63,318 nt of DNA, filler included, from Octopus bimaculoides (GCF_001194135.2; 6 parts of 6 records of this genome joined end to end with filler, not necessarily neighbours in it); one strand, 5' to 3'. Positions 48,290-62,126 are shown, counted from the whole stretch's first letter. Translations and numbers: made by a program. The notes: generated from the letters alone by a model not told the origin.

Positions 48290-48450
48290 GCACGCAGGCA
48301 ACAGTTGTTAAATGGTGTCCTAGATATCAGAAGATATCACACAGAAAACCTCCAAGAGGATGGGAAGATGACGTAGTCAAAAATATTCAAGCCTAAATGG
48401 AAGAGAAGAATGCAATCAAGGGCAGAATGGAAGTGCACTGTAACTATTGA
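48290..48450 (+). mobile_element. RTE-like LINE C-terminal remnant
   Basis: WCPRYQKISHRKPPRGWEDDVVK resembles WxPxxxKRxRGRPxxRWxDD. Confidence 0.45.
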
Positions 48451-48522
48451 TACATGAGGACATCTCATAGCCTGGTCGATAGAGCGAGAGAGGGATATGT
48501 GGTGTGTTTGTATATGTATGTA

Positions 48523-48743
48523 CAGCGGGTGGGGGTTGAAAAGTTCCTGGCTCTGGGTAAAAGAAAATACACGACGATCAGTTAATTATGGTTTTATTCA
48601 AAATATTCCTCTCTCAGATTCACACACTTATTGCAGCAGTTCTTCAGTTTTTCTAAGCCCTGTAAAAGAACTTGGAAGGTTGGTCCTCCAACCAGGCCTT
48701 TCGCGATGTCCTTAAATCCAGGAACTTTTCAGCAACCCCTTCG
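48523..48743 (-). mobile_element. Mariner-derived MITE, complete copy in reverse orientation
   Basis: TA on both sides, both TIRs present, interior is the reverse complement of 41626-41845. Confidence 0.8.
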
Positions 48744-49824
48744 TATATGTATGTATGTATGCGTTCATGCATGTACGCGCATGTATATGTATGCATGTAT
48801 TACGTATGACTATATGCATTTTACATATATTCATCCAAAATGCATACACTGCTTGCATTCTCTGGTGTACCTTTGGGAGACCAGTTTTATATTTTCTCTC
48901 ATTTTTTTCGACAATGTTTCATTTTACACTTTATGCATCACAACATTTCGGTTTCCTAACCGACATTTTCTCTTCGCGTTTTCTTTTAGCAATTTCTTCT
49001 GTGAAAGCTTTCTTCTACAAAAATATCATTCTGCTTGAAATATTACAAACCTTCATTCACCTTCTTAATTCTTGGAAATGTAGTTAACTTCAAACACTCT
49101 CAATACTTTTTATTCTCTTTAGAAATATATTTATAATTACTTTAATGTTTTGGTTAGTGTTGCAAAAATTTGTCTTTATATTTTATATCGTTCTCAAATG
49201 ACCATTTATTTCAGTATTTGTGAAGTATATCATTTCGTTCTTGATTTCTTTACGAGTTTCTTTCATTTCTTCGCTTCCTTGTGTAATTTTAGTAACAATC
49301 CACCATAATCTCTCTTATTCAGGAATTTAATTCTCTTTCCTACTTGCTTCTCTGTTTATATGAAGGGAAAAGAATTTTTTGCTCTGTTGTTATTTATATG
49401 ATTCGAGTTAGAACAACTCTCACAGGAAAAAGAGCGAAACCAATCTAGTTGTTCATAAAGCTGAAGGGCCAAATATTATGGTTAATCTAAATATACGCGA
49501 ATAAAAAGTGTACTAACAAATTCTCTCAAATAAATGGTTGTTCATCACTGACATTTATTGGTACTCCACTTCCTGGATGAAGCTGCTGATAATCATATGA
49601 TGATTTTTGCTAACCCAACTGCAATATATAACGGCCCAATGCGCTTCAAAGTTTTCTTCCAGCTCTCCTGAAGAGCATAGTATGATGCAAAACTTTGCGA
49701 TAAATATCTGCAGAGATTTTAATTATTTTCTCATGACACAGATTATGTTTTTATCCCAGTGTAACTGTACATACATACATACATACATACATACATACAT
49801 ACATACATACATACATGCATGCAT

Positions 49825-50472
49825 GCATGTCCTAAAATGTCGTCAGGGTACTACCTCCCTATGCGGCACGATGTTATCGCTAAAACAATTTACAATGCCA
49901 TCCGCAAGAAAGACTGTCCTGAAATAAACTTAGAAAATCCCTCTGTTATGGAATACCTTTATAAACACCAACTCAAGGAATACTGATGGAATATTCCCAT
50001 CAAAACTTCTGTCAAATATAAATATAACAGGCCGGATATTGTTGCGAGGGACAGAGGGGCAAAGGTATGTACCGTCGTAGAGGTCAGTTTGCCCTGCAGA
50101 TATAAGTATCTCTGAAAATCAAAGAAAAGAGGATATCTATGGACAACTGCTTCGAAACTTCCAGCTTCTATATCCAGACTATGAATTCATATTCATACCA
50201 ATAATAATTGGAGCGCTAAGGTTTGTTAGTAAATACTGAAAGGAGAATCTGGATAAACTGGGATTTTCAGAAAGAGAAATCGACCGGCTGATTCGTACAT
50301 TACAAGTCCAATCTGTGAGTGAAACACTAAAAATATATACAAGACTTTTGTCAAGTTCCAAATGTGAATTTGTCTATGTTAATTACACCCCAAAGATGGA
50401 GCGCTTTATCCTTGTTGGAAACTGGCTCCCTCCTTAGTGGAAGATTTATAATAATTAAAAGATAGAAGAGAT
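49825..50472 (+). mobile_element. Distinct RLE-type non-LTR retrotransposon 3' end embedded in (TACA)n
   Basis: Translates as CPKMSSGYYLPMRHDVIAKTIYNAIRKK...WNIPIKTSVK...NRPDIV...VVEVS...KIKEKEDIYGQLLRN...IPIIIGAL...FVKFQM* with stops and a frameshift. (TACA)n lies at 49768-49815 and 50473-50525. Confidence 0.82.
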
Positions 50473-51124
50473 ATACATACATACATACATACATACATAC
50501 ATACATACATACATACATACATACATGCATGCATACATACATACATACAAACATACATATATANNNNNNNNNNNNNNNNNNNNNNNNNNNNNNNNNNNNN
50601 NNNNNNNNNNNNNNNNNNNNNNNNNNNNNNNNNNNNNNNNNNNNNNNNNNNNNNNNNNNNNNNNNNNNNNNNNNNNNNNNNNNNNNNNNNNNNNNNNNNN
50701 NNNNNNNNNNNNNNNNNNNNNNNNNNNNNNNNNNNNNNNNNNNNNNNNNNNNNNNNNNNNNTATATATATATATATATAACTATAACTATAACGCTTCTC
50801 TCTCTCTCTCTCTCTCTCCCTCTCTGCCTTCAACTTCCTTCATCATGACTTTGATTTCAGAATGAGAGTTTATACAGTATCCTCTCTGAGCATTTTTGGA
50901 AAGATCTTCAATCCTGCTTCTCTGTGCAAACTACACCCTGATAGTGACCAAAATAATAGCTTAGAAATCGGTTCCCAGCTCTGTGTAATCTATGTAATTA
51001 GTTAGTAGAGGAAATACTAACTAATACAGTGAAGGAGAAGTAGTGAGAGTAATAGCCCTGACTGAGATGGGGTGACAGAAAGTAATGGCAAAGAGAAAGA
51101 CGAAACGAAGAGGCAAAGAGAACG

Positions 51125-51480
51125 TCGTATGTGAGCTCTATATTATCTGTATGATGTGGAAAATATTCCATCAACATTGCCCATCTTTAAAGCTTGTCCG
51201 AGGCTTGGCCCCGTGCCATCCGTCTACTACAGAAATGTTCATGTCGTATCACAACACTATGACAGAACTATTTCACCTCAATTGGCCCTGCTCTCTTCAA
51301 CATCGTGCCAGACACATAAAGGAGGAAAGTGACTTCACGGTATTCAAACGATCCCTAGATGATTACTCCCAAGAAATACTAGATAAACCACTCACACCCA
51401 GATATCACTCTGAAAGCAATAACCCTCTGCTTGTATGGGCTACTTTCTCCAGAGCTGACTGTGTATCTCTTCCGGATGGT
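51125..51480 (+). mobile_element. CR1/L2-like LINE C-terminal remnant
   Basis: Remnants ELYIICMMWKI...GPALFNIVP.HIKEE...FKRSLDDY.QEILDKP spread across frames. Confidence 0.55.
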
Positions 51481-52200
51481 GCTATTGAATTAGACATGGC
51501 CTGAGTCAAGTTTGGGTCGAAACTTATCTAAGTAATCTAATATATGCTGTAAACCTATTAATCAAAGCATGACAACGTGAGTAGAGGCTGATATCTTAAC
51601 ATTTCTGATGGTCTTAAGCATAAAAAAATTATTAAAGATTTATATAGAACTACAGACTATGTCTATAAGCTATTGTGTTTAGACCTGGTTTCTGTCCTCA
51701 AACTGTTCCGTTTTGTAGATGCAATGTTTTTTTTAAAATAAAGCACTCCGAAATTAGAAAAATCAAAAATCTGCCACAATCTCGGTCCCATGAGTGTCGG
51801 ATAATGGATTTTCAACTGTGTAAAGAAACTGGTTGTGGTGATCGTAGTTTTGACAGTGATTGTGGTGAAAGCAGAGACAGTGTTGATGATGACGATGGTC
51901 GAGACAAGTATGGGAGGAGGTTATGTTTTTGCCGGCGTTGGTTTGGGAAATTGGACGATTGTCAGCATGCGCGTATATGGGTGGAAATGAGCTGTTTGGC
52001 GGAGATCTGCGCTCTCTGAGTGCTTTTCTAGTTTATGTATTAGAAGCAATTACGCAGATAAACAAATTAGGTGCATCAAATATATTAAATATATTAGTTT
52101 GTGTATGAAATACAAAATATGTATATATGTATACATACAAAACGAAACAAAGCAAAATTGTGACTTTCAGATGATGAATTTTTCATATGATGAACTTATA

Positions 52201-52511
52201 AGTATAAATATATAGTTATCTATATTAATAGGTCCAACCTACACGGAATTCCATCTTTGAACTTCTCGGCATTAAGATCTGAAATGTATGATCTCAACCC
52301 TGAGGACGGGGGATCGTCTTATCCAATGTTAATTTCACCCATACGGCTGCATATTGTGATCAACTAAATCTATCAACATTATTATGGATCATAGAACCCC
52401 AGAAACAGCCGCTGGACTTATAACACCTTTCTTCCACCCCTTTGGTTTTCTCTGTCGTTTGTACTCTGTGTAAGTTGGACCTATTAATATAAATATATGT
52501 AAATTTATACT
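52201..52511. mobile_element. TA-flanked MITE-like element
   Basis: Inner TIR core tatattaataggtccaacctacacgga (52221-52247) matches the reverse complement of 52465-52491 at 25/27. An AT-rich outer extension reaches TA on both sides. Confidence 0.65.
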
Positions 52512-52693
52512 TAAAACTTCATCACCTGAAAGTCTCCGCTTTCTGCTTTCTCTCGTTTTCTATGTATACATATATACATATTTTGTATTTCACACTCAAA
52601 ATAATATATTTGATATAATCTAATTTTTCTGTTGTTTTCACATCCACACAGGTACAGACACACAGAGACCCCCCCCCATATATATATACATAT

Positions 52694-52736
<43 letters not shown>

Positions 52737-53217
52737 CATATATATTCATATAAATGTATGCAGGTATATATATGTATAAACATGCATACATAAATCTATC
52801 TATCTATCTATCTGTCTGTCTATCTCATATATATGTATGTATGTATGTATATATATGTATATATATATATGTATGTATATATATGCATATATATATATAT
52901 ATATATANNNNNNNNNNNNNNNNNNNNNNNNNNNNNNNNNNNNNNNNNNNNNNNNNNNNNNNNNNNNNNNNNNNNNNNNNNNNNNNNNNNNNNNNNNNNN
53001 NNNNNNNNNNNNNNNNNNNNNNNNNNNNNNNNNNNNNNNNNNNNNNNNNNNNNNNNNNNNTATATATATTCCTATACACACACATGCATGCGTATACATA
53101 TCTGTGAGTGTTCATGTTCTTAGAAATGGAGGGTATGAGCCTATATGTAAATATGTATATTTACGATAATAAATAGATACGTGTACACACACATATATCA
53201 CACACAAGCATTTGTAC

Positions 53218-53257
<40 letters not shown>

Positions 53258-53574
53258 ATACGCACATGAAAAGGGTTTGATACGTGTGAAATTGCAATTT
53301 CAAACTCTTAACTCTAAAAGTAATTGAAGGTACTTAATCATTGAGACAGATAATAATAAAACAGACAAGTATCTCAAGAGTCGGCTTTAGTTGATATGCA
53401 TTTAAAACGTGTCTGCAATCTTTGAGAGTTTTGTACCTTTTGGGAATTTGCTGGAGAGCTGAATTCGAGTTCGAAACTTTAGGGATCCTAATCTAATCTC
53501 GTCTCTGACTCAGCGCAGTTTATTATATTAATGGCCGATATTCAACGTTTAACTCCCAAACAACTCTGCTGCAT

Positions 53575-53740
53575 CCACAACAAGGTGTATTCCAGAAGTT
53601 TTTAGACTTGTTCTTCTGGAGAGACATTTATTATTTCAAAGTGGTACAAACTCTAATTTCTTTCAAAGTAAGATCCTCTGACTGCAATGCACTTGTTGTA
53701 GTGCTTCAGACACTACGTGAAGGCTCCATGGAAGTCCTCC
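53575..53740 (-). mobile_element. Mariner 3' end remnant
   Basis: Minus strand CLKHYNKCIAVRGSYFE followed by a TIR-like end. Confidence 0.5.
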
Positions 53741-54016
53741 ATATATATATATATATANNNNNNNNNNTATATTAATATTAATATCGGTTTAAAAAAACCT
53801 TGACAATGAAAATATGTTAATAGTTACCATGGGTAGCAAAAATCACACACAAAAAAAAACAAAAAAAAAAACAGGATATCACATGACGATGAATATATGT
53901 GCAATTCCAGCACCTCTTACTTCTTTGGAGTAGACTGCACATATATTTTGAAACATATGTAGGAATGAAAGGAACTTTTGTTTATATGCTTTTTGCTCCA
54001 TTTATAATTATTATTC

Positions 54017-54054
<38 letters not shown>

Positions 54055-54064
54055 ATGTATGTAT

Positions 54065-54956
54065 GTATACTAATAAAAGTGAAGTTCAGTCTTGCTTGCG
54101 ACGTTACACAACCAAACTGGCGCATAATGGGAAAAAACTATGAATTAAGCGGCCCCTGAAATGTTATACGAACAATTTTCGCGTAAATCGGACTAGTAGT
54201 TATTGAGATATTCGGGGTTTGGGGTATAAACACCTGAAACTGTGCATAATGGGAAAATATTCCGAATTTAACTTCATCCTGAAAGGGAAGAAACTCTAAC
54301 CTTTCGATTAGACACTTTATGACTAACTTACGAGTTGTTTTTACAGTAAACGTTTCTATTTTCGATTTTGCTAAATGCAATATTTTAATCATTTAAAAAT
54401 AGTTTTAAGTGAATGTGATTTCAAAAATGCAAGTTGTTTGTACAGTAAGTATTTATATATTAGCTTTCTTTAAACAGACAATATTTTTATATTTTTTAAA
54501 GTTATTTTCAAGGGAATACCATTACAAAATTTTTTTGGCATATTTCAAAAATATTTTAAAATGAAAATGACTTTGAAAATACGGTAAATATTTCGTAAAA
54601 GACCCGTTCGTAACCTCGATGCGAAATAATTTTTTTCCACAGGTTTCTTTTGACTTGCAATCAGCATATCACACCTCCAAAGATTTGGATGCTGTTTCTA
54701 GCACGCCCTGCTACCATATAACAGTTATTTGCGATAAAGGACCCAAAAATACCTGTTACGTGGTAACAGAGTGTGCAAATAATAGCAACCAAATCTTTCC
54801 TTTTCTGGGGAAAGGAGCCGTTTACGCGTGATTTCGATGTCACATTCGTTGAAAGCATGCGAAATAACCTGGAAAAAAAATGAACCCATAAACCAAAACT
54901 CTGTTGCTGGGAAACTCAGACTTTCCCGATAACCCAACGGGTCACGGGTAGTCTAG
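54065..54956 (+). mobile_element. Possible non-autonomous Helitron
   Basis: The 3' end has an accc..gggt hairpin followed by CTAG|T. The 5' end tatactaataaaa is Helitron-like but merges with (TATG)n. No TIR or TSD. Confidence 0.5.
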
Positions 54957-55823
54957 TATGTATGTGTGTGTGTGTGTGTACCGGAGTATTTGGAAATGTA
55001 ACTTCTAATACCCCAGGATCCTCTTCCTCTTTTTCTTGTTTCAGTCATTTGACTGCGGCCATGCTGGGGCACCGCCTTTAGTCGAGTAAATCGACCCCCA
55101 GGACTTATTCTTTGTAAGCCTAGTACTTATTCTATCGGTGTCTTTTGTCGAACCGCTAAGTTACGGGGACGGTTGTTACAATTTCATACAGCATATTTTT
55201 ATGGTTATTACGACCTACACGTGTTTCCACTGTAAAGAGTATGGGCAGTTGCACATGCAACAGGGTATAGAGGATGAACAAGTCTCTCTGTTCAACATAG
55301 TTGTAATTATTGCTAATGTGTGTGAGCATGTATATTTAAGTATATATTGTGTTATTTTATGTAATGGCTGCATTTGTTATATATTACGCAAACATGAGAA
55401 GGAGAATTTAAATGATCTCAAAATATCACTATTTGCTTTGACAACTTAACCTTTTGGGATTTAAAAAAAAAAAACTACCAGTCTAGAGTGACGAATTGGC
55501 GGGAACAGCTATGAAGTTGTCCATCAGTAATATATTCCCTCGTCTATTTTTCAGTATGCCCAAACAAAAGAAGGAATGTATTTACATTCCTATAATTTCC
55601 TCTCACAGCTAGAAACAAGCATAGAAATGGCTTCTTCTGTGAGAACCAGACAGTAATGTGAAACATCATAACACAAATGTTTCTCTTCTTGAACTGGGTT
55701 CCATACAGGCTTTACTTCCTGTTTATTTTCCAATTTTTGTATTAAGTGCTTTCCTCCAAACCAGTCCTTTATGAATCATATAGAAAACTCAATGCATTCA
55801 GCCTCATGTTCATTTGGTAGAAT

Positions 55824-56056
55824 GAAGGTGGCAGGCTGGCAGAAACAGAGGCAGGCCGGGCCAAATGCTTGGCGGTATTTCATCTGCCACTATGTTCTGA
55901 GTTCAAATTCCACCAAGGTCGACTTTGTCTTTCATCCTTTCAGGGTCGATTAAATAAGTACCAGTTACGCATTGGGGTCGATATAATCGACTTAATCCAT
56001 TTGTCTGTCCTTGTTTGTCCCCTCTGTGTGTAGCCCCTTGTGGGCAGTAAACAAAT
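55824..56056 (+). mobile_element. Family A SINE, long variant
   Basis: Reverse-complement homolog of 89-324. Confidence 0.85.
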
Positions 56057-56221
56057 GAGAATGTCACACTTGTTATTCAATGTTAAATGTGATGTATAAA
56101 CAATGTCTGTGCTTCCCATACTTTCAAATAATACTTCTTTCAATCTATACGTCTGACTGAGGGCACCTACTCTGAGGTTGCTGATCACCAGTCTATGTTG
56201 AGTGGTAAACTTCATTATCAA

Positions 56222-56436
56222 CCCTTTAACATTTTAAACCATCAACATTCAGATCAAATATTCTGCCTGTTTTTATGTTCAAACCACACAGATCTGACCT
56301 CTCACATTTAACCTACAATGTCATTCTAAAACAAAACAATCATATTGAAATCTCAAAGCAATGAGATAATGCATAATTAATTCAAAACAATGTGAATAAA
56401 TAAGCATTACATTTGATAATAAACAATACTAAAGGA
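56222..56436. mobile_element. Degenerate piggyBac-like MITE
   Basis: Termini ccctttaacatt / aatactaaagga with decayed TTAA-like flanks. Confidence 0.45.
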
Positions 56437-57625
56437 TTGGAAAAGGTTTCAATATTCAAAATAAATTGCATATTCCATATCAACATGAGTGACTGAGTGA
56501 TTATAAGTTTGCTCTGCAATCATCACAAGGTCTCCATTTTGCTTGTGTTGAGTGTAATCTTAAGTGCCATTTTCTACAGTCTCATGCCACTCTCTATCTT
56601 ATGGATGAATTTGGGTAGACATATACTGTATGGAAGCCTGTCAGATGAATTGTACACATAGTTTATATTACACTATTGTGCAGATTCTTATACCCCATTC
56701 AGTTGAGGGGTTTTATCTTGCAGACACTTGGCACCTCACTAGTGTTAGTGCTACTTAAAAAAGCACCCAATGCAATCTGTTGAGTGGTTGGTGTTCGGAA
56801 GAAGATGCAGCTGTAGAAACCATGCCAAAGCAGACATAGAATCAGGTGCAGCTCTCTGTTTCATCTGCTCTAGTTGACCCATCTAACCCATCTAACCCAT
56901 GCTAGCATGGAAAAAGGGACGTAAAATGATGATGATGATGATGATGATTCACCAAAGGATTAAGATTCACATGTTTGTGGAATATCCAGCCAAATACTTG
57001 CCAATTTAATGATTGAATGGCTTGTACATTTATGGTTGGAAATTCTAACCAAGATCCATCTATTCATTATGAAGACTATCAGCCTTGTGTGTTTGTTGGC
57101 TGAATAATTATTACGATGATTAAAAAATAAGTAGCGTCATCATCATTTAAAGCCTAGGGCTAAACGTTTTGACAGATGCGAGGAGTTCTCGGACTGTACT
57201 GTGCTCAAATGTCTTCTTTAGCAAGGTTTCCATGGCTGAATGTTCCTCCAAAAGCCGTACTGGGTGCATTCTTCATGCCACGTGCACTATTGAAATCACT
57301 ATGTACTTCACAGGACTATGAGCCCTTGGGGATGTAGGGGATCAACTTCAACGTTAGGAGAGAAAGGGGTTAAACAGGGCATATGAAATACTGAGATATA
57401 TAAATAGATCCGAACAGAAGAGAAAGAAACCATAAAGAGTTAGCAAGCTGTAATAGGAAATACTTTGCAATGGAATAATTTATTCAAAAAGTATAGCTAC
57501 AACTTTCTAGCACTACAAAATGATAATTGAGAAGAGAATGAATTAAGTTAAAATAAGACCAGAAGGACTAAAGTTTAAAGACTAAAGACAAATGATACTC
57601 ATGGTCGACATATATATATATATAT

Positions 57626-57684
<59 letters not shown>

Positions 57685-57703
57685 AATTTATATGCATATA
57701 TAC

Positions 57704-57771
<68 letters not shown>

Positions 57772-58008
57772 TTTAACGTCCGCTTTCCATGCTAGCATGG
57801 GTTATATATATACATACATACATACGTACGTACGTACGTACATAGACACACACTGTGGACAAATGTGCGAGTAGAGGAAACATATTTTCAATGTAAAGTC
57901 TAAGATATTTACAAAGTTTATTGCTTTCAATTCTTTTTTATTTTTTATTCTTTTTATTTGTTTATTTTATTTAATTTTTTTTTTTCTGTTTTAATTGTTA
58001 AAAATCAC

Positions 58009-58122
58009 TCAAGGTTTGATCTTGCTTTGTGGAATATATAGTTTGAATTCTCCAGGCAGCTCGTCTTCAGAATATAAACGATCGGAGAAATATACTCGCC
58101 GAATACGGCAGTTGGCGTGAAT
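58009..58122 (-). CDS. CFAP20: CFAP20 (BUG22/C16orf80) terminal coding exon
   Basis: Minus strand reads ttttccag|ATTCACGCC...CCTTGA, translating as [37 protein letters not shown], nearly identical to the conserved CFAP20 C-terminus. No upstream CFAP20 exons are visible in 58.1-63.3 kb. Confidence 0.96.
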   Translation of the reverse strand: MHANCRIRRVYFSDRLYSEDELPGEFKLYIPQSKIKP

Positions 58123-58416
58123 CTGGAAAAGATAGCAGAACGACAATAAGGGAATAGAAAGAAAGAAAGAAACATGGAAAGGAAAATCAATACCACCAGA
58201 CTCAGTTAACTCAACACCCACATATCTTTATCTTTTATCTCTTACTTGCTTCAGTCACTGGGCTGCAGTAATGCCAGGGCATAGCCTTGAAGGACTTAGT
58301 TGAACAAAAATCACTTCAGTACTTGCGTTTTTAAGTCTGAATCTTATTCTATTAGTCTCTATTACCGAACTGTTAGAAGGACAAACACAAACACACATAC
58401 ATATATATATATATAT

Positions 58417-58582
58417 CATCATGATCATCGTTTAACGTCCGCTTTCCATGCTAGCATGGGTTGGACGATTTGACTGAGGACTGGTGAAACCAGATGGCAA
58501 CACCAGGCTCCAATCTGATTTGGCAGAGTTTCTACAGCTGGATGCCCTTCCTAACGCCAACCACTCAGAGAGTGTAGTGGGT
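58417..58582 (-). mobile_element. Dispersed SINE-like repeat with (TGA)n tail, 3' end
   Basis: tcgtttaacgtccgctttccatgctagcatgggtt recurs at 57769-57803, and in plus orientation at about 56690-56948. Confidence 0.65.
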
Positions 58583-59519
58583 ATATATATATATATATAT
58601 ATATATATANNNNNNNNNNNNNNNNNNNNNNNNNNNNNNNNNNNNNNNNNNNNTTAATTAATTAANNNNNNNNNNNNNNNNNNNNNNNNNNNNNNNNNNN
58701 NNNNNNNNNGTGTGTGTGTGTATATGAATACGTGTATTGGCGCAGGCGTAACCCTGTGTAGATTTGGTACATGGAAACTGAAAGAAGCCTGCCGTGTGTA
58801 TATATGCATATACATATGGTTTATCTTTTAGTTGCCTATTAGAGAATCGATCTCGTTCTCTAATGGGCAATCGTTTTTATCTTTTTTAAGTCTTGTACTT
58901 ATTCTATCGATTTCTTTTTGTACGAATCGTTCAGTCACGGGTTCGCAAACGCACTAAGAACGGTTGTCAAGAGGTTGTGGTGGACAAAGACACGTAATCA
59001 CAAGCACACACACACACACACATATATGCATGAGTGTGTGTGTGTTTTTATGTGTGTGCTTGTGTGTTTGTGCTTGTATGAGTGTGAATGTGTGCATGTG
59101 TGTGTGTTTGTGTGTGTCGAAGAGAAGATGTATAATGGTCGCTGTTAAGGCGGTGAGCTGGCAGAATCGTTAGCACGCCAAGCAAAATGCTAGGTTCTGA
59201 GTTCAAATTCCGCTGAGATCGACTTCACTTTTTTTTTTTTCGGGGTCAGTAAAATAAACTTCAGTCAAGTGCTGGGGCCGATGTAAAAGACTTACTCTCT
59301 CCCCACCCCCAAATTGCTGGGCTTGTGCGAATATCTGAAACGAATATATTGGTGTCTTTTCTCAGAACAGCCGCATTTTAGAAAATCTAAGAGAATTCTG
59401 CCTTTATTGTTTTCCAAATCTCAAATTTTATCTCTCATGGCTTTCTTTATTGATACCTGCTTTAAAAAAAATAGTTCTTAGGCCTCGAAGGAGCGATAGT
59501 TCCCTATTCCCTGAACGGA

Positions 59520-59790
59520 ACTCCAAACTAATGATACGATGTCGTTTCATCCTTTGTCACCAAATATGAACTAAAGCGTGTCGCCATTAACTTTAAACGA
59601 TTCCAGCACATCAGAGCAGAGAGAATTTCACACTCTTCTCCTTCAAATTGAGTGGTAACTGCCGAATATATCCATTTTACACGCACTTTCCAACACCCAA
59701 TCTTGAATAATGTGTCGCTTCCGCAATCTAGTCGTGCAGCAACGGACAAATTTCGTCGAGGCAAGTCACTGCGAGAAAATCTCATCTAAA
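59520..59790 (-). mobile_element. Mariner transposase internal remnant
   Basis: Minus strand EILSALMCWNR...LVTKDET resembles the RxxxCxxLLxR...IVTxDEKW region. Confidence 0.5.
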
Positions 59791-60018
59791 AAGCCTAGTT
59801 AGACCAAAATGATAATTACAACCGCCAACTGAACGGTTCAGGGTTCAGTCCCATCGTGGACTGGTGTTTTCTACCTTGGACAAGTTTCTTCAAAGTAACA
59901 GCTTTGTAAAGATTTTTCGGCTTTAATAAAATTGTATATTGCTCTGTCTTTAGTATTCGAGTACTACTTTTTCGAATCTTGTTCTGCACCTCAGTGTTTA
60001 GTTGTATCTGCGTGTATG

Positions 60019-60060
<42 letters not shown>

Positions 60061-60197
60061 TAGAGAGAGAGGGAGACAGACAGACAGACAGACAGACAGA
60101 TAGATAGATAGACTCGAAATACAAGTTCAGGTGTATACCTGTAATTATTAGGGCCCTGGTATATGTAACAAACTGCCCAAGCACCAATGTTAAGAAA

Positions 60198-60228
<31 letters not shown>

Positions 60229-60316
60229 CAATCTTTTATTCTTTTACTCTTGCAGTCATTAGACTGCGGCCAAACTGGAGCACCGCCTTTAGTGTATAGG
60301 TGTGTACGTATGAATC

Positions 60317-60359
<43 letters not shown>

Positions 60360-62091
60360 ATTTATTTGTGCGTAGTGTACGCGTATGTGTGTACAGCTAT
60401 AAGCACGAATGTATGTGCATATGCATATGCATATGTACGTGCACATGCGGGTATGTGTACGCGTATATATGTGCGTATGGGTATGTGCACGCATGTATTG
60501 TATAACTGTGCATGTGTATACATTGTATGTATGAAAAGATTTAAAAAAGAAACTTCCGGTGGATTTGCTCGCCATCATGGCGAAAAAGAAAAATGATTGC
60601 ATGGTCTGCGTACGGCTACATGTATGTATGTGTGNNNNNNNNNNNNNNNNNNNNNNNNNNNNNNNNNNNNNNNNNNNNTTAATTAATTAANNNNNNNNNN
60701 NNNNNNNNNNNNNNNNNNNNNNNNNNNNNNNNNNATATATACGTCTGTGTATACTCATACGCATATATACTCAAAGTTGACAGGATGACAGAAGGTGACG
60801 GAACGTCCATCTATTTCGACGCCGATCATTTAGTTGTTTGACTAACCAAATGAACTGCCAACTCATTACATTAACGTGTATGTGGCCGAGTATTATCTGT
60901 GAGATTTTGCCCCTTTATTTTAAATTATTATTATTATTTGTTTATCGAATGAAACATAATAATGAACAAAATATTATCGGTTCGAGTATGTTTGAGGATT
61001 GGAGTAATGATGAACCAACACCCTACAACTCAATTTTACTATTGAAAAGTGCATTTTCTGGGCATGATTTTCTATTCTCTCAATGAAATTTCTCACGTTT
61101 GACGATGTTTCATTTGATGGTGTATGAAGTATGATTGTTTTTCAACTGCGATATATACGAAGATAAAAAAGTATCTTAATTTATGTTCCGAAAAGTCTGG
61201 ATTGGTTGCTTATAGCAAATTTTAAAATTTGATGTTTTGAAATTTTAGATCTGCTGTGCTTGAATTTCACATGTATATATTATATCCTTCACTAGTTTTG
61301 AGGAGATTTTGCTTAGGCAATGTAGTTGGAATTCAGTTTGTTTGGTTAGCCTTTGGTCTGTTGCTTCATTTAGCGTCACACTACTTGATAAACCAAGTAT
61401 TTGGACAAATGTAGGAATGGTTGAAAAGGAGGGTTTAACAGTGTTCTTATTGATTATTTTATGTACGGTGAGAAAAAATACTCGATTATTAATTTGAGAA
61501 AGTTGAAACTGAAGTATTGAAAAGAGGATTCTATCAAATTATATTCCGTTTCTTATCTATATTCTTTTTTATTATTTCATTTATGATTTTCCTACAAGTA
61601 ATTTATTTTCTAGTATCCTCTTTATAAATATTTGTTTATTGGTAAAAAGGTAGCGAAATATATGTGATATACTTTTAATAATGTTACTTATGACAACACT
61701 CGAGTGATAAGGATATCAATGGATATAATTTAGTGTTCAGTTAAACTAATAATAACAATAAAACGTAGCCTTGTTTAAGTTAAAGGTTACATTAAAATAA
61801 TTTCCAGCAATGATGTTCCTTTCAGTAGTTAGTTTTAGGCCATGTTGGTCTAAACTCAGGGAAAGATTATATATTTTCTAAGTTTGATGATTTGCTGTGG
61901 TTTAACATCTCTTTGAATGTGTGAGATTCCGTTTTTTTTTTTGTCTCGGTTAGATAGTAAATATAACCTTACGATATCGCTTATTTTGGCAGATTCGTAA
62001 GCAACTATGCTGATGTCAAATGGAGTGCGGAAGATTCCTTTATCCAGTTGATGGATGTTGTTGCATTTTAATATAGTTTTCTCAGTAAGCA

Positions 62092-62126
<35 letters not shown>

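Noticed and set aside
49668-49700. CTGAAGA-GCAT-loop-ATGC-AAAA hammerhead-like string
   Set aside because: G12 is missing and no stem I or stem III can form.
61992-62070. Possible exon FVSNYADVKWSAEDSFIQLMD (plus strand) or the opposite-strand open frame
   Set aside because: No recognisable family, no clear donor, and no match to CFAP20, NOS or SLC5.
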